Both the position numbers and the translations under genes were made by a program. Shown one piece after another: positions 1 through 7,226 of a DNA stretch of 35,866 bases (the first letter of the stretch is position 1; each line of letters begins with the position of its first letter). The notes below the pieces were generated by a model. That model did not search any database and was not told the DNA's origin. It saw only the letters and a program-made list of their open reading frames with translations. The DNA comes from Bacteroidota bacterium (GTDB taxonomy: Bacteria; Bacteroidota; Bacteroidia; UKL13-3). The stretch is from NCBI GenBank assembly GCA_947449515.1, contig CANFSD010000003.1:1-35866 (forward strand), in the 5' to 3' direction.

Positions 1-18
1 TGAACTATGATTTGCCAT
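1..18 (-). CDS. 5' end of a gene running off the left edge (MANHSS...), possibly sufB
   Basis: ATG at 18 on the minus strand with an A-rich upstream region and its own TATATTTG box at 73-80. The sufB guess rests only on the usual HesB-sufBCD synteny in Bacteroidota; 6 codons are visible. Confidence 0.35.
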
Positions 19-72
19 TTTCTAAATACTTATCTGTTTAATAATTCCTCTTATTGTCCTTAAAAGGGAGGG

Positions 73-102
73 CAAATATAGGCATTTGTGGATAAAATCA
101 AA
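73..102 (-). promoter_or_regulatory. Bacteroidota housekeeping promoter (-33 TTTG / -7 TATATTTG) for the left-edge gene
   Basis: caaatata at 73-80 is TATATTTG on minus; caaa at 99-102 is TTTG, with an 18-nt spacer. Confidence 0.55.
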
Positions 103-122
103 AGTTCCATAAAAAATTATCC

Positions 123-449
123 TCAAACTGAGAAACTTTCACCGCAACTACAAGTACGTGAGGCATTTGGATTGTTGAAAGTGAATCCTTTTCCATTTAG
201 CCCATCTGTGAAATCTAACTCGGTTCCGAATAGATAAAGAACTGAACGCTTGTCTGTTACAACCCTTACTCCGTTATTATTGAAAATTTCGTCGCCTTGC
301 TTTTCTTGGTTGTCAAAATCCAATTTATAAGATAATCCAGAGCAACCTCCACTTTCTACACCAACTCTTAAAAAATAGCTTTGATCGTAATTTTGCTCTT
401 CAATTAATTGTCCTATTCTGGTTTTGGCTTTATCGCTAACAGTAATCAT
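123..449 (-). CDS. iscA: HesB/IscA/SufA family A-type Fe-S cluster carrier
   Basis: LRVGVESGGCSGLSY and C-terminal NPNASRTCSCGESF (CxCGxSF) motifs; 108 aa. Confidence 0.92.
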   Translation of the reverse strand: MITVSDKAKTRIGQLIEEQNYDQSYFLRVGVESGGCSGLSYKLDFDNQEKQGDEIFNNNGVRVVTDKRSVLYLFGTELDFTDGLNGKGFTFNNPNASRTCSCGESFSV

Positions 450-468
450 GGTTCTTTGTAATTGGACA

Positions 469-529
469 CAAATTTAACTTATAATTTTAAAAGCCATGCA
501 AAGCACTTCGTACTTTTTAAGTAAATTTG
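469..529. promoter_or_regulatory. Back-to-back divergent promoters for iscA and paaH
   Basis: TAAATTTG on minus at 469-476 and TAAATTTG on plus at 522-529, each 19 nt from its ATG (449 and 549). Confidence 0.55.
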
Positions 530-548
530 ACAAGATTAATCTTTTTAT

Positions 549-1400
549 ATGTTAGAAATACAAACGATTGCCATTGCAGGCGCTGGAACAATGGGAAGTG
601 GAATAGCCCAAGTTTGTGCCAATTCAGGTTATCAAACTATTTTGTTCGACATTAACCCAGCAGTTTTGGATCGGGCAAAAAGTGCTATTGAAAAATCATT
701 GAATTTTCTAGTAGAGAAACAAAAAATTACTGAAAAGGCTAAGCTCGAAACTATAGCTAGGATCAAATTCACTACCCAAATAAACGACTTGATTGCAGAT
801 TTAATCATTGAGGCGGTGATAGAGCGACTAGAAGTTAAACATGAATTTTTTCAAGCGGTTGCTGCATTAAACAATAATAAATGTCTGCTGGCAAGCAATA
901 CTTCTTCCATACCTATCACCCAAATAGCAGCTAAAATTCCCTATCCAGAGCGGGTTTTGGGAATTCATTTTTTTAACCCTGCTCCGCAAATGAAGTTGGT
1001 TGAAATAATTAGTGGCGTTCAAACACATCCTGAAAATGCGCAAAAGTGCAAACAACTCATTGAAGGAATGGGAAAAACTTGTGTAATGGCTAACGATGCT
1101 CCTGGTTTTATTGTAAACAGGGTAGCACGTCATTACTACGTTGAAGGTTTAAAAGTATTAGAAGAAAAGGTAGGTAGCCATGAAACTATTGACGCTTTGA
1201 TGGAAAGTAGCGGCTTTAAAATGGGACCTTTTAAATTGATGGATTTAATTGGTGTTGACACCAATTTTTCAGTAACTAGCAGTATCTATCAACTTTTTCA
1301 CCAAGACGGCAAATTTAGACCTAGTAGAATTCAACAACAAAAAGTAGATGCGGGCCATTTTGGTCGTAAATCAGGTAAAGGTTTTTATTCCTATGAATAG
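549..1400 (+). CDS. paaH: 3-hydroxyacyl-CoA dehydrogenase, PaaH-type (N-terminal catalytic half: NAD-binding plus first 3HCDH domain)
   Basis: GAGTMGSGIA Rossmann motif, ASNTSSI, HFFNPA (catalytic His), PGFIVNRV, and MGPFKLMDLIGVDTNFSVT...FRPS.IQQ..V.AG..GRKSG.GFY, which resembles PaaH more than Hbd. Confidence 0.8.
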   Translation: MLEIQTIAIAGAGTMGSGIAQVCANSGYQTILFDINPAVLDRAKSAIEKSLNFLVEKQKITEKAKLETIARIKFTTQINDLIADLIIEAVIERLEVKHEFFQAVAALNNNKCLLASNTSSIPITQIAAKIPYPERVLGIHFFNPAPQMKLVEIISGVQTHPENAQKCKQLIEGMGKTCVMANDAPGFIVNRVARHYYVEGLKVLEEKVGSHETIDALMESSGFKMGPFKLMDLIGVDTNFSVTSSIYQLFHQDGKFRPSRIQQQKVDAGHFGRKSGKGFYSYE

Positions 1401-1899
1401 AGAAGAATTTTATATTAGAGATGCGAGCTTGGTTGATATTGTTGCCATTACCGATATATACAATGAATCCATTCTCACAGATGTGGCTACTTTTGATACA
1501 GAACCTAAAAGCATTGAAGACAGGGTAAATTGGTTCAATGCCCACGACGAAAAACATCCAATTATTGTAGCTTGTGTGGAAGACAAAGTGGTTGGTTGGG
1601 CAAGTTTAAGTATTTGGAGTGATAGGCCTGCCTATAATGGCACAGCCGAGGTTTCTGTATACGTGGATGCAAAATATAGAAATATGGGTATGGGCGGCCA
1701 ACTTATTGAAGAGTTGGTTTATCAGGCCAATTCAAACGGTTTACATTATTTGCTTTCACGCATTACCATGGGCAATGAAACCAGCATTCGTTTACATAAA
1801 CGTTATGGCTTTGAAACTATTGGGGTAATGCATGAGGTGGGCCATAAATTTGGAATTTATTTGGACGTAACACTCATGGAAAAAGTTTTAGAAAACTAG
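1393..1899 (+). CDS. GNAT N-acetyltransferase, phosphinothricin/methionine-sulfoximine acetyltransferase (Pat/YncA/MddA) family
   Basis: IYNESI..DVATFDTEP, RPAYNGTAEVSVYV, RNMGMGGQL, NETSIRLHKRYGF, VGHKFG..LDV. Start moved to the ATG at 1393, which overlaps the paaH stop. Confidence 0.85.
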   Translation: MNREEFYIRDASLVDIVAITDIYNESILTDVATFDTEPKSIEDRVNWFNAHDEKHPIIVACVEDKVVGWASLSIWSDRPAYNGTAEVSVYVDAKYRNMGMGGQLIEELVYQANSNGLHYLLSRITMGNETSIRLHKRYGFETIGVMHEVGHKFGIYLDVTLMEKVLEN

Positions 1900-1922
1900 T
1901 ATAGTTTGTAAATTATCATCAA

Positions 1923-2423
1923 ATGAAAAAGTCGTTTCAACTTATATTTTTACTGGTATTAGTTATGCTATTTTCTACTTGTAAAAAGGCAGCAAAAAAT
2001 ATAACGAACCAAGATTTCTTTCCCAGTGTTTTGGTAGATTTTTATATCAATTTAGATTTACCCCTCTATGCAGATTTGAACTTTCCCAATGGGTATGTTT
2101 ATGAAAGAAATTATGGGTACAAAACGCGTGGTGTAATTGTATATAATACAGGTTATACAGGACCCGACCAATATGTGGCTTTTGATCGTTCCTGTCCTTA
2201 TAATGTTGACAGTTCTTGCAGTGTTGTTAGTGTAGACAGTTCTACACTTTATTATCGATGCGGTCAATATACTGGAGTTGGAGGTAGATTTGTACCTTGT
2301 TGCAATTCAAAATTTGTTGCCAGCAATGGAGGCCAAATGGAAGGACCCGCCAACAGGCCCTTGCGCCAATATTATGTGAGTATTTTAGGCAGGCAACTAC
2401 ACATTACCAATACCTTACAATAA
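1923..2423 (+). CDS. Lipoprotein with a degenerate Rieske-like domain
   Basis: Signal peptide ending LFSTC (lipobox-like), AFDRSCPY...PCCNSKF...GPANRPLRQY resembling Rieske boxes without the His ligands. Confidence 0.7.
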   Translation: MKKSFQLIFLLVLVMLFSTCKKAAKNITNQDFFPSVLVDFYINLDLPLYADLNFPNGYVYERNYGYKTRGVIVYNTGYTGPDQYVAFDRSCPYNVDSSCSVVSVDSSTLYYRCGQYTGVGGRFVPCCNSKFVASNGGQMEGPANRPLRQYYVSILGRQLHITNTLQ

Positions 2424-2442
2424 TTTTATTATATTCGTGTGT

Positions 2443-2679
2443 ATGACAAGTTTATCAAAATACACTCGCTTTGTTTTTTGTGCACTCTTGCTTAGCACTA
2501 AGGTCTATTCAAGTGGGATAACTGGTTCTGCAGGAAATGAACTTTTGTATATCTATTTACTATTACTTTCCTTTTTTTTATTAATGCTCGGAATTGATTA
2601 CGGCATCAAATTTTCAATTAGAAAATTTCAAGAGTGGAAAAGAAATCGACAAACACAAGCTTTGGGTGATTTAAGCTAA
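2443..2679 (+). CDS. Small hypothetical membrane protein
   Basis: ORF follows the lipoprotein by 19 nt. It has a signal-like N-terminus, a hydrophobic helix (LLYIYLLLLSFFLLMLGI) and a basic tail, and overlaps the convergent GH73 stop. Confidence 0.45.
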   Translation: MTSLSKYTRFVFCALLLSTKVYSSGITGSAGNELLYIYLLLLSFFLLMLGIDYGIKFSIRKFQEWKRNRQTQALGDLS

Positions 2680-3240
2680 ATAAGCATGCATCCAATTCAT
2701 TTTTGGCGACCCATCCAATTGTTGTTGAGGAAAATCAAATCTGTATAATTGGTGCTTTCTAATGGCGCTTGAAATTTTGTTTACCCAAATCATTCCAGCA
2801 GAAGAATAATAAGATTTATTCATACAGGTAAGCCATACCAAATAATCTTTGTTCTCTTTTAAAAATGGGTAATAGCTTTTGCGTTTTATAATGGTACAAA
2901 AATGGCCATAAGATGCTTCATCAGATAAATAACTTCTGTAAGCAGATTTATAGGGTATTCCCTGTTCTGGCAGGTGATTCTTGCCTTTAATGCCAAAATG
3001 GTTGCGTAGCATTTTACAGTTTTCTCCAGAACCATGTCCAGATTCTATCAATGCTACCCCCAATATAATACTTGCTGGTATACCCGTTTTTGCAGATAAA
3101 CTTTGTGCCAATGGGGCATAGGTGATTATGTAGCTATTGGCAGTTAAATTTTGTGCTGCTAGTTGATTCATAAAAAACAAGCTCAACACAAACACAAGAA
3201 AGTTGTGTTGTATGTTTCCTGATTTTTTTGCTATTAGCAT
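2671..3240 (-). CDS. GH73 glucosaminidase / FlgJ-type peptidoglycan hydrolase, secreted
   Basis: GIPASIILGVALIESGHG (catalytic Glu), NHFGIKG, YRSY, and YSSA in place of the usual YAT. Signal peptide ends LAA-Q. Start moved to the ATG at 3240. Confidence 0.8.
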   Translation of the reverse strand: MLIAKKSGNIQHNFLVFVLSLFFMNQLAAQNLTANSYIITYAPLAQSLSAKTGIPASIILGVALIESGHGSGENCKMLRNHFGIKGKNHLPEQGIPYKSAYRSYLSDEASYGHFCTIIKRKSYYPFLKENKDYLVWLTCMNKSYYSSAGMIWVNKISSAIRKHQLYRFDFPQQQLDGSPKMNWMHAYLA

Positions 3241-3464
3241 AGGGCGATATTTTAGGTGTGCGATTTTCAATTCCTAGGGAAATGAAGTTCTATTAACACC
3301 CACAAAGATCCCCTATATTGAAGCTATAAAATGCACAGCAATTGCCCGTGTGTCTTATAATAGGCTCAAAATTAAAAAATTATTAAATGTCGCAATTGGT
3401 CTTATATCGTTGCAGTAAGTAATAGCTGTTTAATGAGACAGGTCAAATTATTTCATTTTGGGAG

Positions 3465-3480
3465 TTCGGTTCGAACCGAA
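3465..3480. repeat. Perfect 16-bp palindrome TTCGGTTCGAACCGAA (GGTTCGAACC core, copy 1)
   Basis: Read directly; followed on plus by TTATTTTTTTT. Confidence 0.9.
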
Positions 3481-3520
3481 TTATTTTTTTTGAAGCAATG
3501 GAAACAGGCTTATCCACCAA

Positions 3521-3561
3521 AAAAATAGCCCCATAAACTTAAATGTTACGGGGCTATTTTT
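3521..3561 (-). terminator. Intrinsic terminator of the tetR-paaABC operon
   Basis: aaaaatagcccc ... ggggctattttt stem with flanking A/T tracts, 18 nt past the paaC stop. Confidence 0.8.
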
Positions 3562-3579
3562 ATCTTAAGGCTTTACTTT

Positions 3580-4344
3580 TCACCATTCTGCCGTTGGGTC
3601 GTACCTAAATACTTCGCTCATTTCTTCAACCAATGGCGACAATTCTGCGGTGTGTTGACCAATTCTTCCACCAAAAACTGGTTTCCAGTTGGAAGAAGCG
3701 GGTATTTCTATTCCTGCTTTAATTAAATATGGAGTAATATTTGCCAACCATTTTTCTTGCAAAATATCTTCACCTTCAAAAATACCTTCAGCAATTAATT
3801 GGTCTTCAAAAGCACTTTTTTCAAACATACCTAAAGCATAATTCCAGGCATCATTGAAAGCGGTTTGCATGCGGCTATGACTTTCTTCATTGGCCGAACC
3901 TAATTTTACTAACCAAGTATTTGCATGAAACACGTGGTATTTAAGTTCCCCTTTTACCTTGCGTGCAACTTTTGCTAATGGCTCATAGCTCGAATTTGCT
4001 AAAGCTTCAAAGCGCAATTGGTCGGCATGGTCATACAAAAAGTGACGCACCAAACTAAAATCATATTCGCCATTTGGCAATTCTACCAATTGTGAATTGT
4101 GAAACTGATTTGCATTTCTAGTAAAGGCAACTGTATCGGGCTCTTGCTCGCCTAAATCATGTAACAATTGATAAATTGCTTGCGCCTGTCCAATTTTATC
4201 TTGCGCCATACTACTAAAAGAAATATCTTCTTCCAAAATTGGTCCAAGTCCTGTCCATTCGCTATTTCTATGGCCAATAATTAATAGGTCGTCTGCCATT
4301 TTATAGAGCAATTCTTTGATTGCTTCGGTGCTATTTTGATTCAT
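3580..4344 (-). CDS. paaC: Phenylacetyl-CoA 1,2-epoxidase subunit C
   Basis: MADDLLIIGHRNSEW..GPILEED, LVELPNG, ELKYH, LGS..EESH.RMQ.A, GGR.GQHT..L..L..EM, C-terminal AEW. Confidence 0.95.
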   Translation of the reverse strand: MNQNSTEAIKELLYKMADDLLIIGHRNSEWTGLGPILEEDISFSSMAQDKIGQAQAIYQLLHDLGEQEPDTVAFTRNANQFHNSQLVELPNGEYDFSLVRHFLYDHADQLRFEALANSSYEPLAKVARKVKGELKYHVFHANTWLVKLGSANEESHSRMQTAFNDAWNYALGMFEKSAFEDQLIAEGIFEGEDILQEKWLANITPYLIKAGIEIPASSNWKPVFGGRIGQHTAELSPLVEEMSEVFRYDPTAEW

Positions 4345-4352
4345 GTAATTAT

Positions 4353-4718
4353 CTAAACTCCCTTTTTGTATTTATTAATTTTCTCCATCACTTTATAGCC
4401 ACCAGCTTCGCGGTATTGCTTCTCTGGAACAGTGTCAAAAATGTCGGAATCATCATATTCAGATGCAAACACATCGCGTGTTTTCACCACCCAAATATTT
4501 ACACTAAAACCTCTTCTTCCATATTGTTCTTTGCCAAAGAGAAAAGCCATTTCTGCATTTGGTGCATGAACAATGCCCACATGCATGTGTTGGTCGCCTC
4601 TTTTCTTTTGGTGAAAAACTTCATAGGTTTCCCATTGGTCCAATTCGTTTAAAGGTGCAATTGGATTTTCAATTTCTATTTCTGCTCGTGTAACACGAGG
4701 GTCGAGTGATTTAATCAT
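4353..4718 (-). CDS. paaB: Phenylacetyl-CoA 1,2-epoxidase subunit B
   Basis: W..YEVF....G..H.HVG.VHAP.AEMA......YGRR.....IWVV; position between paaA and paaC. Start set at the ATG at 4718. Confidence 0.9.
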   Translation of the reverse strand: MIKSLDPRVTRAEIEIENPIAPLNELDQWETYEVFHQKKRGDQHMHVGIVHAPNAEMAFLFGKEQYGRRGFSVNIWVVKTRDVFASEYDDSDIFDTVPEKQYREAGGYKVMEKINKYKKGV

Positions 4719-4724
4719 GGTCAA

Positions 4725-5711
4725 TTATGCTAAAGGTACAATGTATTTTGATTCCGTTGTGTTTAATGCTTCACGAACCCATCTTCCGCGTTCTTCAGCA
4801 TTTCTGCGAACGGCTAAACGCTCTGCATTACAAGGACCGCCACCATTTATTACTTTTTTAAATTCGTCCCAATCTGGCTCAGTATATTCCCAAACACCTT
4901 CTTCGTTTTTCTTTAAATTAGGATCAGGAATAACCAAACCTAAATCCCAAATTTTTGGCACATACATGTTTAAGAATTGTTGGCGCATATCATCGTTACT
5001 TGCCATTTTCACTTTCCATCGCATTAAGATTTCTGTATGGTTAGAAATTTTATCGGAAGGACCAAAGAAGTGCATGATTGGTGGCCACCAACGGGTTAAA
5101 GCTCCTTGCACCATTTCTCTTTGTTTTTGGGTTCCTGTAGCCAAGGTAACTACATTGTCGTGACCATATTTTAAGTGGAAAGACTCTTCAGTACAAATTC
5201 TATCTAATGCGCGGCAATAAGGTCCGTAGCTACCTTTGGCATTGGCAACTTGGTTGATGATAGCACCCGCATCAATAAGCCACGCTATAATACATGCATC
5301 TGCCCAAGTAAAGGCAGGATAATTAAATACATTCGAATATTTTGATTTGCCAATAATCAAATCGTTGATCATAGCTTCTCTGCTTTTACCAAGTGTTTCG
5401 GCAGCGCTGTATAACAATTGCGCGTGGCCGACTTCGTCTTGCACTTTTGCCATTAAGGCAAGTTTTCTTCTAAAACCAGGTGCACGAGTAATCCACGTTC
5501 CTTCGGGAAGCGCACCAATAATTTCACTATGTGCATGTTGTTCAATCATCCTAATTAATTGTTTGCGGTACTCTTTTGGCATCCAATCTTTAGGTTCAAT
5601 TTTTTCACCCGCTGCAATTCGTTTTTCAAAAGCTTCTAATTTTTGCGGATCTTCATTCGCAATCATTGCTGCAGCCTTGTCGTTAGGGTCGATGTAAGCA
5701 TTTCCGTACAT
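4725..5711 (-). CDS. paaA: Phenylacetyl-CoA 1,2-epoxidase subunit A (di-iron oxygenase)
   Basis: KIEPKDWMP..YR, QHAHSEIIG, KVQDEVGH (ExxH), KYSNVFNYP, EESFH (ExxH), RWWPP...FGP. Start moved to the ATG at 5711. Confidence 0.96.
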   Translation of the reverse strand: MYGNAYIDPNDKAAAMIANEDPQKLEAFEKRIAAGEKIEPKDWMPKEYRKQLIRMIEQHAHSEIIGALPEGTWITRAPGFRRKLALMAKVQDEVGHAQLLYSAAETLGKSREAMINDLIIGKSKYSNVFNYPAFTWADACIIAWLIDAGAIINQVANAKGSYGPYCRALDRICTEESFHLKYGHDNVVTLATGTQKQREMVQGALTRWWPPIMHFFGPSDKISNHTEILMRWKVKMASNDDMRQQFLNMYVPKIWDLGLVIPDPNLKKNEEGVWEYTEPDWDEFKKVINGGGPCNAERLAVRRNAEERGRWVREALNTTESKYIVPLA

Positions 5712-5727
5712 AATGTTTCTATAAATT

Positions 5728-6342
5728 TTAAGGTTTGTAATTAATATCAGTGATAAGTTTTTTTCTGAGACCACCCATAACAAAATCACTTATGTGATTG
5801 GCAATTTCCTTTGCCTGCATTTTGCCATCAGGATGGTACCATTCGTTGATCCAATTCACGCTACTAAGAATACTTAGTACAGCAAATTTTTTGTCTACAT
5901 GCTCAAAAATATCTTCTTGAATACCATTTTCAACAATGGCAGTAAATTCATGTTCGTAGCTGTTTCGTAAGCGCATAAATTCTTGCAAAGATGCCGCAGG
6001 TAAGCTGCGCCATTCTTTTAAAAAAACAGCACTTTTATCCATGTCGTCTGTAATAATTTTAACATGCTGGTAAATTGCCTCACGAAGTTTTTCCTCCGCA
6101 TTGAAATAAATGTCATTTACCTCTGCAATGGCCAGAATAAATTTCTGCGCCATACCAAAACAAATCAATTCTAAAATTTCGTCCTTTGATTTAATGTGGT
6201 GGTACAAACTAGCGGCTTCAATACGCATGGCGCTGGCAATGTCTCTCATGGAGCTTGCCTCGTATCCTTTTTGCCTAAATAGCTGAGCAGCAACTACTAC
6301 TATCTGTTCCTTTCTGCTCAAACCTTCAAAATTTGTACTCAT
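5728..6342 (-). CDS. TetR family regulator, PaaR-like
   Basis: TetR HTH (AAQLFRQKGY..SSMRDIA..M.IEAASLYHHIKSKDEIL) and a NWI.EWY.PDG C-domain as in acyl-CoA-sensing TetRs. It lies 16 nt upstream of paaA. Confidence 0.88.
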   Translation of the reverse strand: MSTNFEGLSRKEQIVVVAAQLFRQKGYEASSMRDIASAMRIEAASLYHHIKSKDEILELICFGMAQKFILAIAEVNDIYFNAEEKLREAIYQHVKIITDDMDKSAVFLKEWRSLPAASLQEFMRLRNSYEHEFTAIVENGIQEDIFEHVDKKFAVLSILSSVNWINEWYHPDGKMQAKEIANHISDFVMGGLRKKLITDINYKP

Positions 6343-6344
6343 AA

Positions 6345-6358
6345 CTAACGTTTGTTAG
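6345..6358. promoter_or_regulatory. Candidate PaaR operator CTAAC-N4-GTTAG
   Basis: Inverted repeat ctaacgtttgttag between the -7 box and the tetR ATG. It resembles the Thermus PaaR consensus as I recall it (CNAACGNNCGTTNG). Confidence 0.7.
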
Positions 6359-6359
6359 A

Positions 6360-6390
6360 CAAAAATATCAAATGAGCATAGTTTTCCAAG
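6360..6390 (-). promoter_or_regulatory. Promoter of tetR-paaABC (-33 CTTG, -7 TATTTTTG)
   Basis: caaaaata at 6360-6367 and caag at 6387-6390, with a 19-nt spacer. Confidence 0.65.
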
Positions 6391-6421
6391 GTAAATTTTT
6401 TTTAAGCGCAGAAAATTGACA

Positions 6422-7129
6422 TTATCCAAGCACAAATACACAAGGGATTTTATGGATTTCGGGTTTTTGGTTTTTCCATTGGGCCATGGTTTTTGTTTTC
6501 ACCCATCCTTTGTGAGAACTGATATTGCATGCTATGCACAATTTTGTTTGCGAATTACATTGGGCAATGAGTTCATCCAACAATTGTAAATTACGGTAGG
6601 GGGTTTCCATAAAAATTTGTGAAACCCCTCTGTGGGCTTGAGATTCGAGCTCCTTAATTCTTTTAATTTTTGGCGCTTTATCAATGGGTAAATAACCAGA
6701 AAAAGTAAATTGTTGGCCATTAAAGCCACTACCCATTAAGGCCATCATCATACTAGAAGCTCCTGGTAAGGGAATAACCTCTATGTTTTTTGCCTGCGCT
6801 AATGCAACCAAAGCCGAGCCTGGATCGGCAATGCAGGGTAAGCCGGCATCGCTTATTATTCCGGCATCTTGACCCTCTAATGCCTTGATTAAAGCGGGTA
6901 CTTCATTTGGGTTAGTATGCTCATTTAAAAGCCAAATTTGAAGTTCAGCTTGAGCGTTTTCTAGCTGCAACCTTTTTATCAAAGCCCTGGCTTGTTTCTC
7001 GTTCTCAACTACAAAATGTTTAAGGTGGTGCACCATTTTGCGCACCATTTCTGCAATGAAATTATCGGGATTATCCTCACTTAGGAAGTTAGGAATGAGG
7101 TATAATTTACCATAGTTAATAGTGGACAT
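6422..7129 (-). CDS. RsmI-like tetrapyrrole-methylase-family SAM-dependent methyltransferase
   Basis: GKLYLIP, ISDAGLPCIADPG, PLPGASS, SGFNGQQF.F.GYLP, IFMETPYRN. Confidence 0.88.
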   Translation of the reverse strand: MSTINYGKLYLIPNFLSEDNPDNFIAEMVRKMVHHLKHFVVENEKQARALIKRLQLENAQAELQIWLLNEHTNPNEVPALIKALEGQDAGIISDAGLPCIADPGSALVALAQAKNIEVIPLPGASSMMMALMGSGFNGQQFTFSGYLPIDKAPKIKRIKELESQAHRGVSQIFMETPYRNLQLLDELIAQCNSQTKLCIACNISSHKGWVKTKTMAQWKNQKPEIHKIPCVFVLG

Positions 7130-7226
7130 AGTGCAAGTTGTTGATTAGTTGGTAGTTAAAACAAAAAAAATAAAGGTTGATTTTTGACATTATCACGCTT
7201 ATTTTCGCCGTTCTTAAAATATTACA

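Noticed and set aside
3241-3374. Roughly 120-nt leader of the GH73 gene as a c-di-GMP or c-di-AMP riboswitch
   Set aside because: A TAATTTTG box at 3367-3374 suggests a long leader, but I could not find the conserved motifs or stems of these classes.
3465-3480. GGTTCGAA as a tRNA T-loop or tRNA gene
   Set aside because: There is no acceptor, D or anticodon arm around any copy; the copies are simple palindromes.
5712-5789. Extended ORF-track starts for paaA (likewise GNAT, crtI, rbfA, 12101 and paaB)
   Set aside because: Most use non-ATG starts or overlap upstream genes; downstream ATGs fit family N-termini and the A-rich start context better.
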